From assembly GCA_038213805.1 (NCBI GenBank), contig JBBQSO010000017.1:9751-73750 (forward strand): a DNA stretch of 64,000 bases, given 5' to 3'. Below are positions 1 through 12,544 of this stretch, one piece after another (the first letter of the stretch is position 1; each line of letters starts with the position of its first letter). This stretch comes from Planctomycetota bacterium. GTDB taxonomy: Bacteria; Planctomycetota; UBA11346. Under the pieces are notes generated by a model. It was not told the origin of the DNA, searched no databases, and saw only the letters and a list, made by a program, of their open reading frames with translations. The position numbers and the translations under genes were made by a program.

Positions 1-1600
1 CAACTTCGAGGACGCGATCGTGGTCAACGAGCGCCTGCTCGCCGAAGACCGCTTCACCTCGATCCACATCGAGGAATTCAAGGTCGAGATCCGCGAGACC
101 AAGCTCGGCAAGGAGGAGTTCACCCGCGAGATCCCCGGCCGCAGCGAGGAATCCCTGCGCAACCTCGACGAACGCGGCTTCGTGCGCGTCGGCACCTCGG
201 TGCGCCCGGGCGACGTGCTGGTCGGCAAGGTCACTCCGAAGAACAAGTCCGAGCTCTCTCCTGAAGAGAAATTGCTGCACGCGATCTTCGGCCGCGCCGG
301 CGAAGACGTGCGCGACGACTCGATGGTGATGAAGCCCGGCATCCGCGGCGTCGTCACCGCGGTCAAGCGCTTCCAGCGCCGCGCCGCGCTGACCGAGAAG
401 GACCGCAAGGAGGAGGCGGCCCGCATCAAGATCATCGAAGACCGCTTCACCAAGCAGATGGCCGACATCGCGCGTGAGAAGTTCAACCAGATCTGGGAGG
501 TCTCGGGCGCCAACGTCGTCAACATCGAGACCGGCGAGGTCGTCGAGTACAGCGCCGGGATGACCGACGACGAGGTGCTAAAGCTGCACCGTGAGCTGCC
601 GGTGACGGCGCTCAACTTCGTCGGTTCGAAGCGCCGCCGCGCGCGCGCCATCTACGACGAGAGCGACCCCAAGATCGACGAGATCAAGGCCGCCTGCGAG
701 AAGGAGATCGTCAACGCCAAGCGCGGCGACGACCTGCCCACCGGCGTGCTCGAGATGGTCAAGGTGTTCGTGGCGCGCAAGCTGACCCTCAAGGTCGGTG
801 ACAAGATGGCCGGCCGCCACGGCAACAAGGGCGTGATCTCGACGATCGTGCCCGAGGAGAACATGCCCTTCATCGAGGGCGGTCAGACCATCGACATCCT
901 GCTCAACCCGCTCGGCGTGCCCTCGCGCATGAACGTCGGGCAGGTGCTTGAGACCCACCTCGGTTGGGCGGCCCGCGCGCTCGGCGTGCAGTGCGTCACC
1001 CCGGTGTTCGACGGCGCCAGCGAAGGCGACATCAAGGCCATGCTGCTCGAGGCGGGTCTGCCGCCCGAGGGCAAGGTCCACCTCTTCGATGGCCGCACCG
1101 GCGAGCGCATGCACCAGAAGACCACGGTCGGCGTGCTCTACATGCTCAAGCTGCATCACCTCGTCGAGGACAAGCTGCACGCCCGCGCGACCGGCTCGTA
1201 CTCGCTGATCACCCAGCAGCCGCTCGGTGGCAAGGCGCGCTTCGGCGGCCAGCGCTTCGGTGAAATGGAGGTCTGGGCGCTCGAGGCCTACGGCGCGGCA
1301 CACGTGCTGCAGGAGATCCTCACCGTCAAGTCCGACGACGTCGACGGACGCACGCGCATCTACGAGTCGATGGTCAAGGGCGATGGCTCGCTGACCTACG
1401 GCACGCCGATGGCCTTCGAGGTGCTGATGAACGAGATCCGCGGTCTCGGTCTCGACATCCGCCTGCACCGCCCGGAGGACATGTCCTTCGACGCGGCGCC
1501 GGCGACCCTCGACTTCGGCGCCCCGGCGCGCGCGCCGGAAGCGGCCGCGCCCGACGCGGACCTGGTGCCGGCGCCGGCACCCGACAAGGGCGGCGCCTGA
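1..1600 (+). CDS. rpoB: DNA-directed RNA polymerase subunit beta, C-terminal ~530 aa (5' end lies outside the window)
   Basis: The frame is open from base 2. The translation [12 protein letters not shown]...[15 protein letters not shown]...[32 protein letters not shown] is the conserved beta-subunit C-terminal core. rpoC follows directly. The protein ends in a ~45-aa Ala/Pro-rich tail. Confidence 0.97.
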   Translation, partial: NFEDAIVVNERLLAEDRFTSIHIEEFKVEIRETKLGKEEFTREIPGRSEESLRNLDERGFVRVGTSVRPGDVLVGKVTPKNKSELSPEEKLLHAIFGRAGEDVRDDSMVMKPGIRGVVTAVKRFQRRAALTEKDRKEEAARIKIIEDRFTKQMADIAREKFNQIWEVSGANVVNIETGEVVEYSAGMTDDEVLKLHRELPVTALNFVGSKRRRARAIYDESDPKIDEIKAACEKEIVNAKRGDDLPTGVLEMVKVFVARKLTLKVGDKMAGRHGNKGVISTIVPEENMPFIEGGQTIDILLNPLGVPSRMNVGQVLETHLGWAARALGVQCVTPVFDGASEGDIKAMLLEAGLPPEGKVHLFDGRTGERMHQKTTVGVLYMLKLHHLVEDKLHARATGSYSLITQQPLGGKARFGGQRFGEMEVWALEAYGAAHVLQEILTVKSDDVDGRTRIYESMVKGDGSLTYGTPMAFEVLMNEIRGLGLDIRLHRPEDMSFDAAPATLDFGAPARAPEAAAPDADLVPAPAPDKGGA

Positions 1601-1619
1601 CGCACGGGCGGCTCCTGAA

Positions 1620-1641
1620 GGCCGGGCCTGCGGGCCCGGCC
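1620..1641 (+). other. GC-rich stem-loop in the rpoB-rpoC spacer (9-bp perfect stem ggccgggcc/ggcccggcc, loop tgcg)
   Basis: Read directly from the sequence. No T-run follows, so it is more likely an RNA processing or attenuation structure than an intrinsic terminator. Confidence 0.3.
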
Positions 1642-1695
1642 GCGCTTCTCCTCTACTCCAATCCTGACGTCTCTCTTCCCGGGAAAGCCTAGCTC

Positions 1696-5815
<4,120 letters not shown>

Positions 5816-5829
<14 letters not shown>

Positions 5830-6193
5830 TCAGCTGATCCGCAAGGGGCGGCAGGCCCAGCGCAGCAAGAGCAAGAGCCCGCAGCTCGAGTCCAACCCGT
5901 TCAAGCGCGGCGTGTGCTTGCAGGTCAAGACCATGACCCCGAAGAAGCCGAACTCGGCGCTGCGCAAGATCGCGCGCGTGCGGCTCTCGAACGGCAAGGA
6001 GATCACCGCCTACATCGGTGGTGAGAAGCACAACCTGCAGGAGCACTCGCTGGTGCTCATCCGTGGCGGCCGCGTCCACGATCTGCCCGGCGTGCGCTAC
6101 CACATCGTGCGCGGCAAGCTCGACTGCCAGGGCGTCCAGGGCCGCAACCAGGCCCGTTCGCAGTACGGCACCAAGCGTCCGAAGAAGAAGTGA
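5816..6193 (+). CDS. rpsL: 30S ribosomal protein S12 (125 aa, GTG start)
   Basis: Contains (V)[11 protein letters not shown]...[11 protein letters not shown]...[20 protein letters not shown]. The upstream part of track ORF 5732..6193 is rpoC 3' sequence read in another frame. The gene overlaps the rpoC stop (5827-5829) by 14 nt. Confidence 0.95.
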
Positions 6194-6199
6194 CTTTCA

Positions 6200-6223
6200 C
6201 TTGGGGGGCTACGGCCCCCCAAG
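6200..6223 (+). promoter_or_regulatory. Perfect 9-bp stem-loop (cttgggggg / ccccccaag, 6-nt loop) just after the rpsL stop, in the rpsL-rpsG leader
   Basis: Read directly. A small ggcc-ttc-ggcc hairpin follows at 6227-6237. There is no T-run. It is a candidate structured leader or S7 autoregulatory site rather than a terminator. Confidence 0.3.
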
Positions 6224-6369
6224 AACGGCCTTCGGCCTGCCCCCCGACACGGACTTCGGCAGGGTCTTCGACAGCTGCTTCCGGTGCCAATCTTTACAAA
6301 TCTGCTTCCAAACACGCGGCCTAGCCGCAGTACCTCCGGGACCAGTTCCCGGGAAATAGGGAAAAAACC

Positions 6370-6972
6370 ATGCCGTTCCCCCCGCGCAAGCCTCGCGATG
6401 AAGCCGTTCCCCCCCAGCTCGAGCAGGGGCCCGACGCGGGTGCCGTCGAGACCATCGTCAATGAGGATGGTTCGATCACCCTCGCCGAGAGCGGCGTGCC
6501 CAAGGGTCCGGCGCCCCAGCGCTGGACCGGTATCGGCGTCAAACCCGACGCCCGCTACGGCAGCCTGCTGGTCTCGAAATTCATCAACTGCCTGATGTAC
6601 GACGGCAAGAAGAGCCTCGCTGAAGGCGTCTTCTACAGCGCCATGACGCAGATCGCCGACAAGCTCAAGGTTGATCCACTGCCGGTGTTCGAGCAGGGCA
6701 TCGAGAACGCGAAGCCGCTCGTCGAAGTGCGCTCCAAGCGCATCGGCGGCGCCAACTACCAGGTCCCGGTCGAGGTCAACCGCAAGCGTCAGCAGACCCT
6801 CGCGATCCGCTGGATCCTCGAGGCGATCCGCGGCCGCAAGGGTCGTCCCATCGCCGAGAAGCTCGCCCAGGAGCTGATCGACTGCTACAACAAGACCGGC
6901 ACCACTGTGCAGAAGCGTGAGAACACGCACCGCATGGCCGAGGCCAACAAGGCTTTCAGCCACTTCGCCTGA
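6370..6972 (+). CDS. rpsG: 30S ribosomal protein S7 (200 aa from ATG 6370; 158 aa if translation starts at the in-frame GTG 6496)
   Basis: Core sequence LVSKFINCLMYDGKKSLAE...GGANYQVPVEV...HRMAEANKAFSHF. ATG 6370 has an AGGGA-type RBS 7 nt upstream. The canonical S7 N-terminus (PKGPAPQR, compare MPRKGP...) begins only at codon 43. Confidence 0.9.
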   Translation: MPFPPRKPRDEAVPPQLEQGPDAGAVETIVNEDGSITLAESGVPKGPAPQRWTGIGVKPDARYGSLLVSKFINCLMYDGKKSLAEGVFYSAMTQIADKLKVDPLPVFEQGIENAKPLVEVRSKRIGGANYQVPVEVNRKRQQTLAIRWILEAIRGRKGRPIAEKLAQELIDCYNKTGTTVQKRENTHRMAEANKAFSHFA

Positions 6973-6988
6973 GCGACGCGGTGTCAAG

Positions 6989-7010
6989 TGCAGCGGCCTA
7001 GGCCGCTGCA
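6989..7010 (+). terminator. 22-nt perfect palindrome/hairpin (tgcagcggc-ctag-gccgctgca), 17 nt after the rpsG stop
   Basis: Read directly. No T-run follows, so terminator function is uncertain. Confidence 0.3.
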
Positions 7011-7032
7011 TCCGACACCTGGCCAGCGGGTG

Positions 7033-7068
7033 AACAGGGACAGGGGAGCGGGAGACCGCTTCCCTGTT
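7033..7068 (+). terminator. Second hairpin after rpsG (outer stem aacaggga/tccctgtt, inner stem agcgg-gaga-ccgct), followed by a T-rich ttccgtt
   Basis: Read directly. Its position at the end of the rpoBC-rpsLG block and the short T-rich tail fit an intrinsic terminator. Confidence 0.35.
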
Positions 7069-7147
7069 TCCGTTGGTGGCGCCGGCATGCGCAGACTTTC
7101 GTTTGCGCCACCCTTCCGCAGAGCATGCAGCTACGCACGATGGCGGA

Positions 7148-7846
7148 ATGCGTCGCGCAGCGTACTGCGGTGGAAGTGGCGGGTGTCGGCGGAGCCCAAT
7201 ACGCCGGCGCGCCTTCACGCTCATCGAACTGCTCATGGTCGTGGCCATCGTCGGCCTCCTCGCCGCCCTGGTGCTGCCGGTGGTCGGCTGGGTGCGCGTG
7301 TTGTCGATGCGCGTCGCGTGCATGGGCAATCTCGAGCAGCTCAGCGGCGTGCTGCTGGCCTACGCCGACGACCACGCCAACGTCATCCCCGCGTCCGCGA
7401 ACCACGGCATCACCGACGCGGCCAGCAGTCCCGCCTGGTTCTATCGGCTGCCGGCCTTCCTTGGCCAGGTCGGGATGCGCACGCGGCGCAGCATCTTCCA
7501 ATGCGCCGCGTACGCTCACCGGGAGCCCCGCTATTTCACCAGCGCGTCGCCGAAGAGCCTGAAGATGAATTGCCGGCTCGACGACGAGGGTCGGCCCTGG
7601 TGCTTCCTGCTGGACAGCGTCAGCGATGCCTCGTCGCTGATGCTGTTCATCGACGGCGTGGCGGGCGAGACCGGCATGGGCCAATGGGGTGATGCGCACC
7701 CGACCGGGGTCGACGATCGGCGTCATCAGGGGCGGGTGAACGTGCTCTACGCCGACGGCCACTCGCGCGCGGTGGTGCGCGCCCCGGCCGACCACGACTG
7801 GGAAAAGGCGATCACGTGGAAGAGCGCCGATTGGGCGCCGCCCTAA
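7148..7846 (+). CDS. DUF1559 / prepilin-type N-terminal cleavage-methylation domain protein (H-X9-DG family pseudopilin-like)
   Basis: Has RRAFTLIELLMVVAIVGLLAALVLP (class III signal/methylation motif) and a C-terminal HQGRVNVLYADGH that matches H-X9-DG. This family is typical of PVC bacteria. The start was chosen at MRRAAY (7148); the track ORF begins at 7073. Confidence 0.8.
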   Translation: MRRAAYCGGSGGCRRSPIRRRAFTLIELLMVVAIVGLLAALVLPVVGWVRVLSMRVACMGNLEQLSGVLLAYADDHANVIPASANHGITDAASSPAWFYRLPAFLGQVGMRTRRSIFQCAAYAHREPRYFTSASPKSLKMNCRLDDEGRPWCFLLDSVSDASSLMLFIDGVAGETGMGQWGDAHPTGVDDRRHQGRVNVLYADGHSRAVVRAPADHDWEKAITWKSADWAPP

Positions 7847-7850
7847 GTTT

Positions 7851-8354
7851 TCAGGCCGGCTTGCCCGGGACGTAGGCCGGCGAGCCGGGCCCCTTGCCGA
7901 GCGGCAGGACCTCGGGCCGGGCCAGGAAGCCGTTGATCTTCAGGCTGGTCAGGCGGGCCACCACCGCGGGCAGTTTGAAGTCCTGCAGGCCGATCATGGT
8001 GTGGGTGTTGTTGATCGAGATGCGACCGAGCGGCAGCGCGTCGGCGGTGGCCATGATCTTGCGCAGCTGGCCGATGCTCAGGCCGTGATTGCGGCCGATG
8101 GCCAGCTTCAACCACTGCCATTGCCAGCCGATCAGGCGGGTTGGGCCGATGCGTTCGAGGCGCTCGCGCGCCTGCTTGCCAAGGTCGGCTGGGACGTCGA
8201 CGAAGCCTTCGCCTTCAAGCACGGCGACCGGGCCGAGGCTCGCTGCCTCCATGCCGGACAGTCGGGCCAGTTCGCCCGGCGTGTAGCTCTCGCCGCGCGG
8301 CAGGTGCACCGAGATGCGCACGAAACCGGGGGCGGGATCGGGAAGGCTGTCCAT
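7851..8354 (-). CDS. Stand-alone protein with two tandem DbpA/YxiN-type RNA-binding-domain-like halves and no helicase core
   Basis: Both halves follow the DbpA-RBD pattern: FVRISVHLPRGESYTPGELARL...GFVDVPAD and LKLAIGRNHGLSIGQLRKIM...LGRISINNTHTMIGL. Confidence 0.55.
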   Translation of the reverse strand: MDSLPDPAPGFVRISVHLPRGESYTPGELARLSGMEAASLGPVAVLEGEGFVDVPADLGKQARERLERIGPTRLIGWQWQWLKLAIGRNHGLSIGQLRKIMATADALPLGRISINNTHTMIGLQDFKLPAVVARLTSLKINGFLARPEVLPLGKGPGSPAYVPGKPA

Positions 8355-8448
8355 GGGCGGGACGGTAGGGCGTGGGAGGTGGTCCGGAAGTCCGGAAGTC
8401 CGGACCCTCGCCCCTGGTTAGTCCGCCGCTCTCCGGTACGACGCGGGC

Positions 8449-9822
8449 ATGACCAGCGTGCGCTACCATTTCTCCGGGATCGCCGGCGCCGGGATGAATC
8501 CGCTCGCGCAGCTGATGCGCGCCTGGGGGCACGCGGTGCAGGGTTCCGACCGCTCGCTCGACCAGGGCAAGCATGCGGAGCTGGCCGCGCGGCTGCGCGC
8601 CCAGGGCATTGAGCTGGTGCCGCAGGACGGCGCCGCGGTGGGTGCGCAGGTCCAGCGCTTCATCTATTCGACCGCGGTGGAGCAAGACACGCCTGAGGTG
8701 CGTGCGGCGCGCGCCGCCGGGGTGCCGCTGGTCGCGCGCCCGCAGCTGCTCGCGGAGGTCGTCAATGCCGCCACGCCGGGCGTGGCCATCGCCGGAACCT
8801 CGGGCAAGAGCACCATCACCGGCATGGTGGCGTGGATCCTGCGTCAGGCCGGCGTGGGCGCGACCGTGCTCGGCGGCGCAGCGCTTGCCGGCGAGGACGC
8901 GGGCGCCGGCTTCGTCGCCGGCCCGCTGGGCGGCCCGGTGATCGCCGAGGCCTGCGAGGCGAGCAATGCCCTCGCCGACTACCGGCCAGCCATCGGCCTG
9001 ATCCACAACATCAGCCGCGACCACGCCGAACTCGACGCGCTGCACCGCCAGTTCGACGCTTTCGCCGTGCAGAGCGGCACGCTGCTGGTGAATGCCGGTT
9101 GTGCGGAGGCGCTCAAGGCCGCGGTGGGCCATCCGCGTGTGCGCCGCTATGGCGTGGGTGCGGCCGCGGATCTGCCGCTCGAAATCATCAGCACCGGCCC
9201 GCGCACCAGCCAGGGCGTGCTCGGACTGGGTGCCGCCGGCGAGCTGGTATTCACCTTGCCGCATCCCGGCGCGCACAACCTTGAGAATGCCGCGGCCGCG
9301 GCGGCCATCGCCCTGGAGCTGGGCGTGGCGCCGCCGGTGATCGCCACCGCGCTCGCCACCTTTCCGGGGGTGGCGCGCCGCTTCGAGGTCATCGGCACCA
9401 CCGACACCGGCATCCGCGTGGTCGACGACTACGCGCACAACGGCGAAAAGATCCGCGCCGTGCTGACCGCCGCGCAGGCCGGCTGCGAGCGCCTGGTCGC
9501 GGTCTTCCAGCCGCACGGCTACGGTCCCGCGCGCTTCCTGCGCGACGAGCTCAAGGAACTGCTGCCGCGCGTGCTGCGCCCGCAGGACCGCTTCTGCTAC
9601 GCCGAGATCTTCTACGCCGGCGGCACGGTCGCGCAGGACATCAGCAGCCGCGACCTGGCCCGCGACCTGCCCGCGGAGCTGCGCTGCGGGCACGCCGTAA
9701 ACCACACCGCGCTGCTCGGTTGGCTCGCCGAGACCGCGCAGAGCGGCGATACCGTGCTGATCATGGGCGCGCGCGATCCGGAACTGCCGCGTCTGGCCCG
9801 GGCGGTGCATGGGGTGCTGTGA
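8449..9822 (+). CDS. Mur ligase family protein (MurC- or Mpl-like UDP-N-acetylmuramate ligase)
   Basis: N-terminal Rossmann motif HFSGIAGAGMNPLAQLM..GH.VQGSD and the ATP P-loop IAGTSGKSTITGMV. The 457-aa length fits MurC/Mpl. It is not in a dcw-cluster context, so the exact paralogue is unresolved. Confidence 0.8.
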   Translation: MTSVRYHFSGIAGAGMNPLAQLMRAWGHAVQGSDRSLDQGKHAELAARLRAQGIELVPQDGAAVGAQVQRFIYSTAVEQDTPEVRAARAAGVPLVARPQLLAEVVNAATPGVAIAGTSGKSTITGMVAWILRQAGVGATVLGGAALAGEDAGAGFVAGPLGGPVIAEACEASNALADYRPAIGLIHNISRDHAELDALHRQFDAFAVQSGTLLVNAGCAEALKAAVGHPRVRRYGVGAAADLPLEIISTGPRTSQGVLGLGAAGELVFTLPHPGAHNLENAAAAAAIALELGVAPPVIATALATFPGVARRFEVIGTTDTGIRVVDDYAHNGEKIRAVLTAAQAGCERLVAVFQPHGYGPARFLRDELKELLPRVLRPQDRFCYAEIFYAGGTVAQDISSRDLARDLPAELRCGHAVNHTALLGWLAETAQSGDTVLIMGARDPELPRLARAVHGVL

Positions 9823-9935
9823 GGCGGGACGCCAGGACTTGGATGCGGGCAACGGACGGCGAGAGGCGAGGAGCGCGGCGATGGACCTCAATGATCGGCC
9901 AGCCTTGAACAGCGCATGCTGATGAGCGGGCGCGC

Positions 9936-11195
9936 ATGAGCATGCGCGAGGACGCCTTGGCGCTGCTCGCAGCGGAACTGCCGGACGGGCCGGCGCTGCT
10001 CGCGGCGCTCGCGTTACCGTTCCGGCGTTCCATCCGGTTGCATCCGCTGCGCGGTACGCCGACTGGGTGGGGAGAGCTGACGGCGGTGCCGTGGCATGGG
10101 GCGGGGCGTTTCACGGTGGGCAGTGCGGATCCCGCTGGGTTCCTCGACTACCACACCGGTCTCGCGTATCCGCAGGACGCGGCCAGCCAGGTGCCGGTGC
10201 TGCTGCTCGCGCCGCGGCCGGGTGAGGTAGTGGTCGATGCCTGCGCCGCGCCGGGCTCGAAAAGCACGCAGATCGGGCTGGCGCTCGGCGACAGCGGGCT
10301 GCTCATCTGCTGCGACGCCTCGGCGCCGCGCCGCGCGGTGCTGACCGAGAACCTGGCGCGCCAGGGCGTGGCCTGCGCGCTGGTCACGCCGCTGCCGGTG
10401 CACGCGCTGGCCGAGCGTCATGGCGGGTGCGCCGACGCGCTGCTCGTCGACGCGCCGTGCAGCGGCCACGAATCGCGCTCACCGCGCCAGGTTGCGCGCA
10501 TGGCCGAGCGCCAGCTCGCACTGCTCACTGCCGCCGCGCCGCTGGTGCGCGCCGGCGGCCGCCTGGTCTACAGCACCTGCACGCCCTACCGCGAGGAGGA
10601 CGAGGGCGTGATCGCGGCTTTCCTGGCCGCGCATCCGCAGTGGCGGGCGGAGGCGGTGGCGCTGCCCGGGATCGACGCCGATCTCGCCGGTCTGGGAGCG
10701 CTGCGCTTGTGGCCGCAGCGGCAGGGCACCGAGCCGTTCTTCGCCTGCCGCCTGGTGCGCGCCGAGGCGCCACCGGCGGCCCTGCCCCTGGCCGGTGTGC
10801 TGCCGGCGGGGGATCCGGCGCTCGGGCAGTGGCTGCCCGGCTCGACGCTGCACACCTGGCGGCGCGGCAATGCCCTGCTCGCCGCCACTCCGCTGGTCGC
10901 CGCCTGCGCGCTGCCCGCCGAGGCGCGCGGCCTGCTCCTCGGCCACGGGAGCGGCGCCGGGTTCCATCTTGAACCCTGGGCCGCGCAGGCGCTCATCACG
11001 CGGGGTGCACCCGCGCAGATCATCGCCCACGCGCAGGCGTGCAGGTTGTGGGCCGGCGAAACCGGCGCGTTGATCGGCAAGGCCGGCGATCTGATCAGGA
11101 CTGACCAGGGCGCCCCGCTGGGCATCCTCGGCGGCCTCGCCGGCGACACGCGCCTGGTGATGCCCAGCCGGATGCGGCGGAGCGGATTGCGTTAG
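9936..11195 (+). CDS. NOL1/NOP2/Sun-family SAM-dependent rRNA cytosine-C5 methyltransferase (RsmB/RsmF-like)
   Basis: Motifs DACAAPGSKSTQI, LVDAPCSGHE and LVYSTCTPYREEDE, which carry the catalytic Cys residues. Confidence 0.8.
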   Translation: MSMREDALALLAAELPDGPALLAALALPFRRSIRLHPLRGTPTGWGELTAVPWHGAGRFTVGSADPAGFLDYHTGLAYPQDAASQVPVLLLAPRPGEVVVDACAAPGSKSTQIGLALGDSGLLICCDASAPRRAVLTENLARQGVACALVTPLPVHALAERHGGCADALLVDAPCSGHESRSPRQVARMAERQLALLTAAAPLVRAGGRLVYSTCTPYREEDEGVIAAFLAAHPQWRAEAVALPGIDADLAGLGALRLWPQRQGTEPFFACRLVRAEAPPAALPLAGVLPAGDPALGQWLPGSTLHTWRRGNALLAATPLVAACALPAEARGLLLGHGSGAGFHLEPWAAQALITRGAPAQIIAHAQACRLWAGETGALIGKAGDLIRTDQGAPLGILGGLAGDTRLVMPSRMRRSGLR

Positions 11196-11205
11196 GCGCC
11201 GCGCC

Positions 11206-12495
11206 CTACGCGAACTCCAGGCCCTTCATCGTCCCGGTGCCCGACGAGAATGCGTCCACCTGAATACCCAGACGCTGCAGCATGCTCACGTGCAGATTGG
11301 TCAGCGGATAATTCTTCTTCCGGTCGAACGCCAGGTGCTGCCCGTGCTTGAAGCCACCACCCGCGAGCAGCACCGGCAAATTGTCGTTCGCGTGCGAGTT
11401 GGCCGAGCCCATGTTGGTGCCGTACAGCACCATGGTGGTGTCGAGCAGCGAGCCGTGCGGCTCGTGCGTCGCAGCCAGGCCGCGCAGCAGCGTGGCAAGT
11501 TCGCGGAATTGCGCCTCTTCGATGAGTTTCAGCATCGCCAGCTTCTCGGGGCGGTTGCCGTGGTGGGTGAGCTGGTGGGTGCCTTCGTTGACGCCGGCGA
11601 TGTCCGGGCGCACGAAGTCCTGACTGATGTACATGGTGATGATGCGCGTCGCGTCGCTGGCCAGGGCCAGGCGCGCGAGCTCGAACATGGTGCGGGTGCG
11701 CGGGATCACCGCGCCGCGGTCGTTGCTGTCGGACGGTGCAGGCGCGTCGATGCGCGGCTTGGGCTTGTGCTCCCACTCTTCCGCCACCACCAGGCGGCGC
11801 TCGAGCTCGCGCAGTGCCGTGCAGTACTGGTCGACCTTGGCGCGGTCGTCGGCACCGATTTGCGCGGACAGGTTCTTGGCCCGCTCGCCCACCTGATCGA
11901 GGATGCTGCGCTCTTCGCGCAGGCGTGCGACCTGGGCGTCGACATCGTCGGGGGTGCCCTGCACGAACAGACGCTTGAACAGCTGCGATGGCCGGTCCTC
12001 GCCCGGCAGCATCACCCCGGCGCCGGTGAACGACAGGCTGCGCTGGGTGTCGACCGCGAGCGACAGCGAAGGGTGACGGGTGAGCAGGCCGACGCGCTCG
12101 GCCGCGAACTGGTCGAGCGAGATCGAATTGCGGAAGCCGCCGCGGCCGGGATGACTGGCGCCGGTTAGGAAGCACAGTTCGGCGCCGTGGCCGCCGTCGA
12201 CCTCGGGCAGCGACACGCCGGACAGCACGGTCATCTGCGCGCGCGTGTCCTTGAGGATGTCGAGATAGGGCGGGGCCTGGTAGTCGCGGCCCGCGGCCTC
12301 GGGGAAGAAGTGCTGGGGCAGGATGCCCTGGTTGGTCTCGATGCAGAACATGCGACGCGGCACCGCGGTGGCGGGCGGCGCCGGCTCGGCGGAGAACGCG
12401 GGGACCATGGCGTCGAGGAAGGGCAGCGCGAGCGCCACGCCCAGGCCCTTGAGCATGGTGCGGCGCGACAGCGGTCGGTTGCGGAGCGGGTTCAT
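11206..12495 (-). CDS. DUF1552 domain protein with a twin-arginine signal
   Basis: Starts at MNPLRNRPLSRRTMLKGLGVALALPFLDAM, a Tat-type RR motif. It lies 49 nt downstream of the DUF1592 gene, the usual PVC pairing. The upstream 59 codons of track ORF 11206..12672 were rejected. Confidence 0.8.
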   Translation of the reverse strand: MNPLRNRPLSRRTMLKGLGVALALPFLDAMVPAFSAEPAPPATAVPRRMFCIETNQGILPQHFFPEAAGRDYQAPPYLDILKDTRAQMTVLSGVSLPEVDGGHGAELCFLTGASHPGRGGFRNSISLDQFAAERVGLLTRHPSLSLAVDTQRSLSFTGAGVMLPGEDRPSQLFKRLFVQGTPDDVDAQVARLREERSILDQVGERAKNLSAQIGADDRAKVDQYCTALRELERRLVVAEEWEHKPKPRIDAPAPSDSNDRGAVIPRTRTMFELARLALASDATRIITMYISQDFVRPDIAGVNEGTHQLTHHGNRPEKLAMLKLIEEAQFRELATLLRGLAATHEPHGSLLDTTMVLYGTNMGSANSHANDNLPVLLAGGGFKHGQHLAFDRKKNYPLTNLHVSMLQRLGIQVDAFSSGTGTMKGLEFA

Positions 12496-12544
12496 CGGGT
12501 CACCACCGTGGGAGCAGGACTGGTCAGGGAGGGGACGGCCGTGG

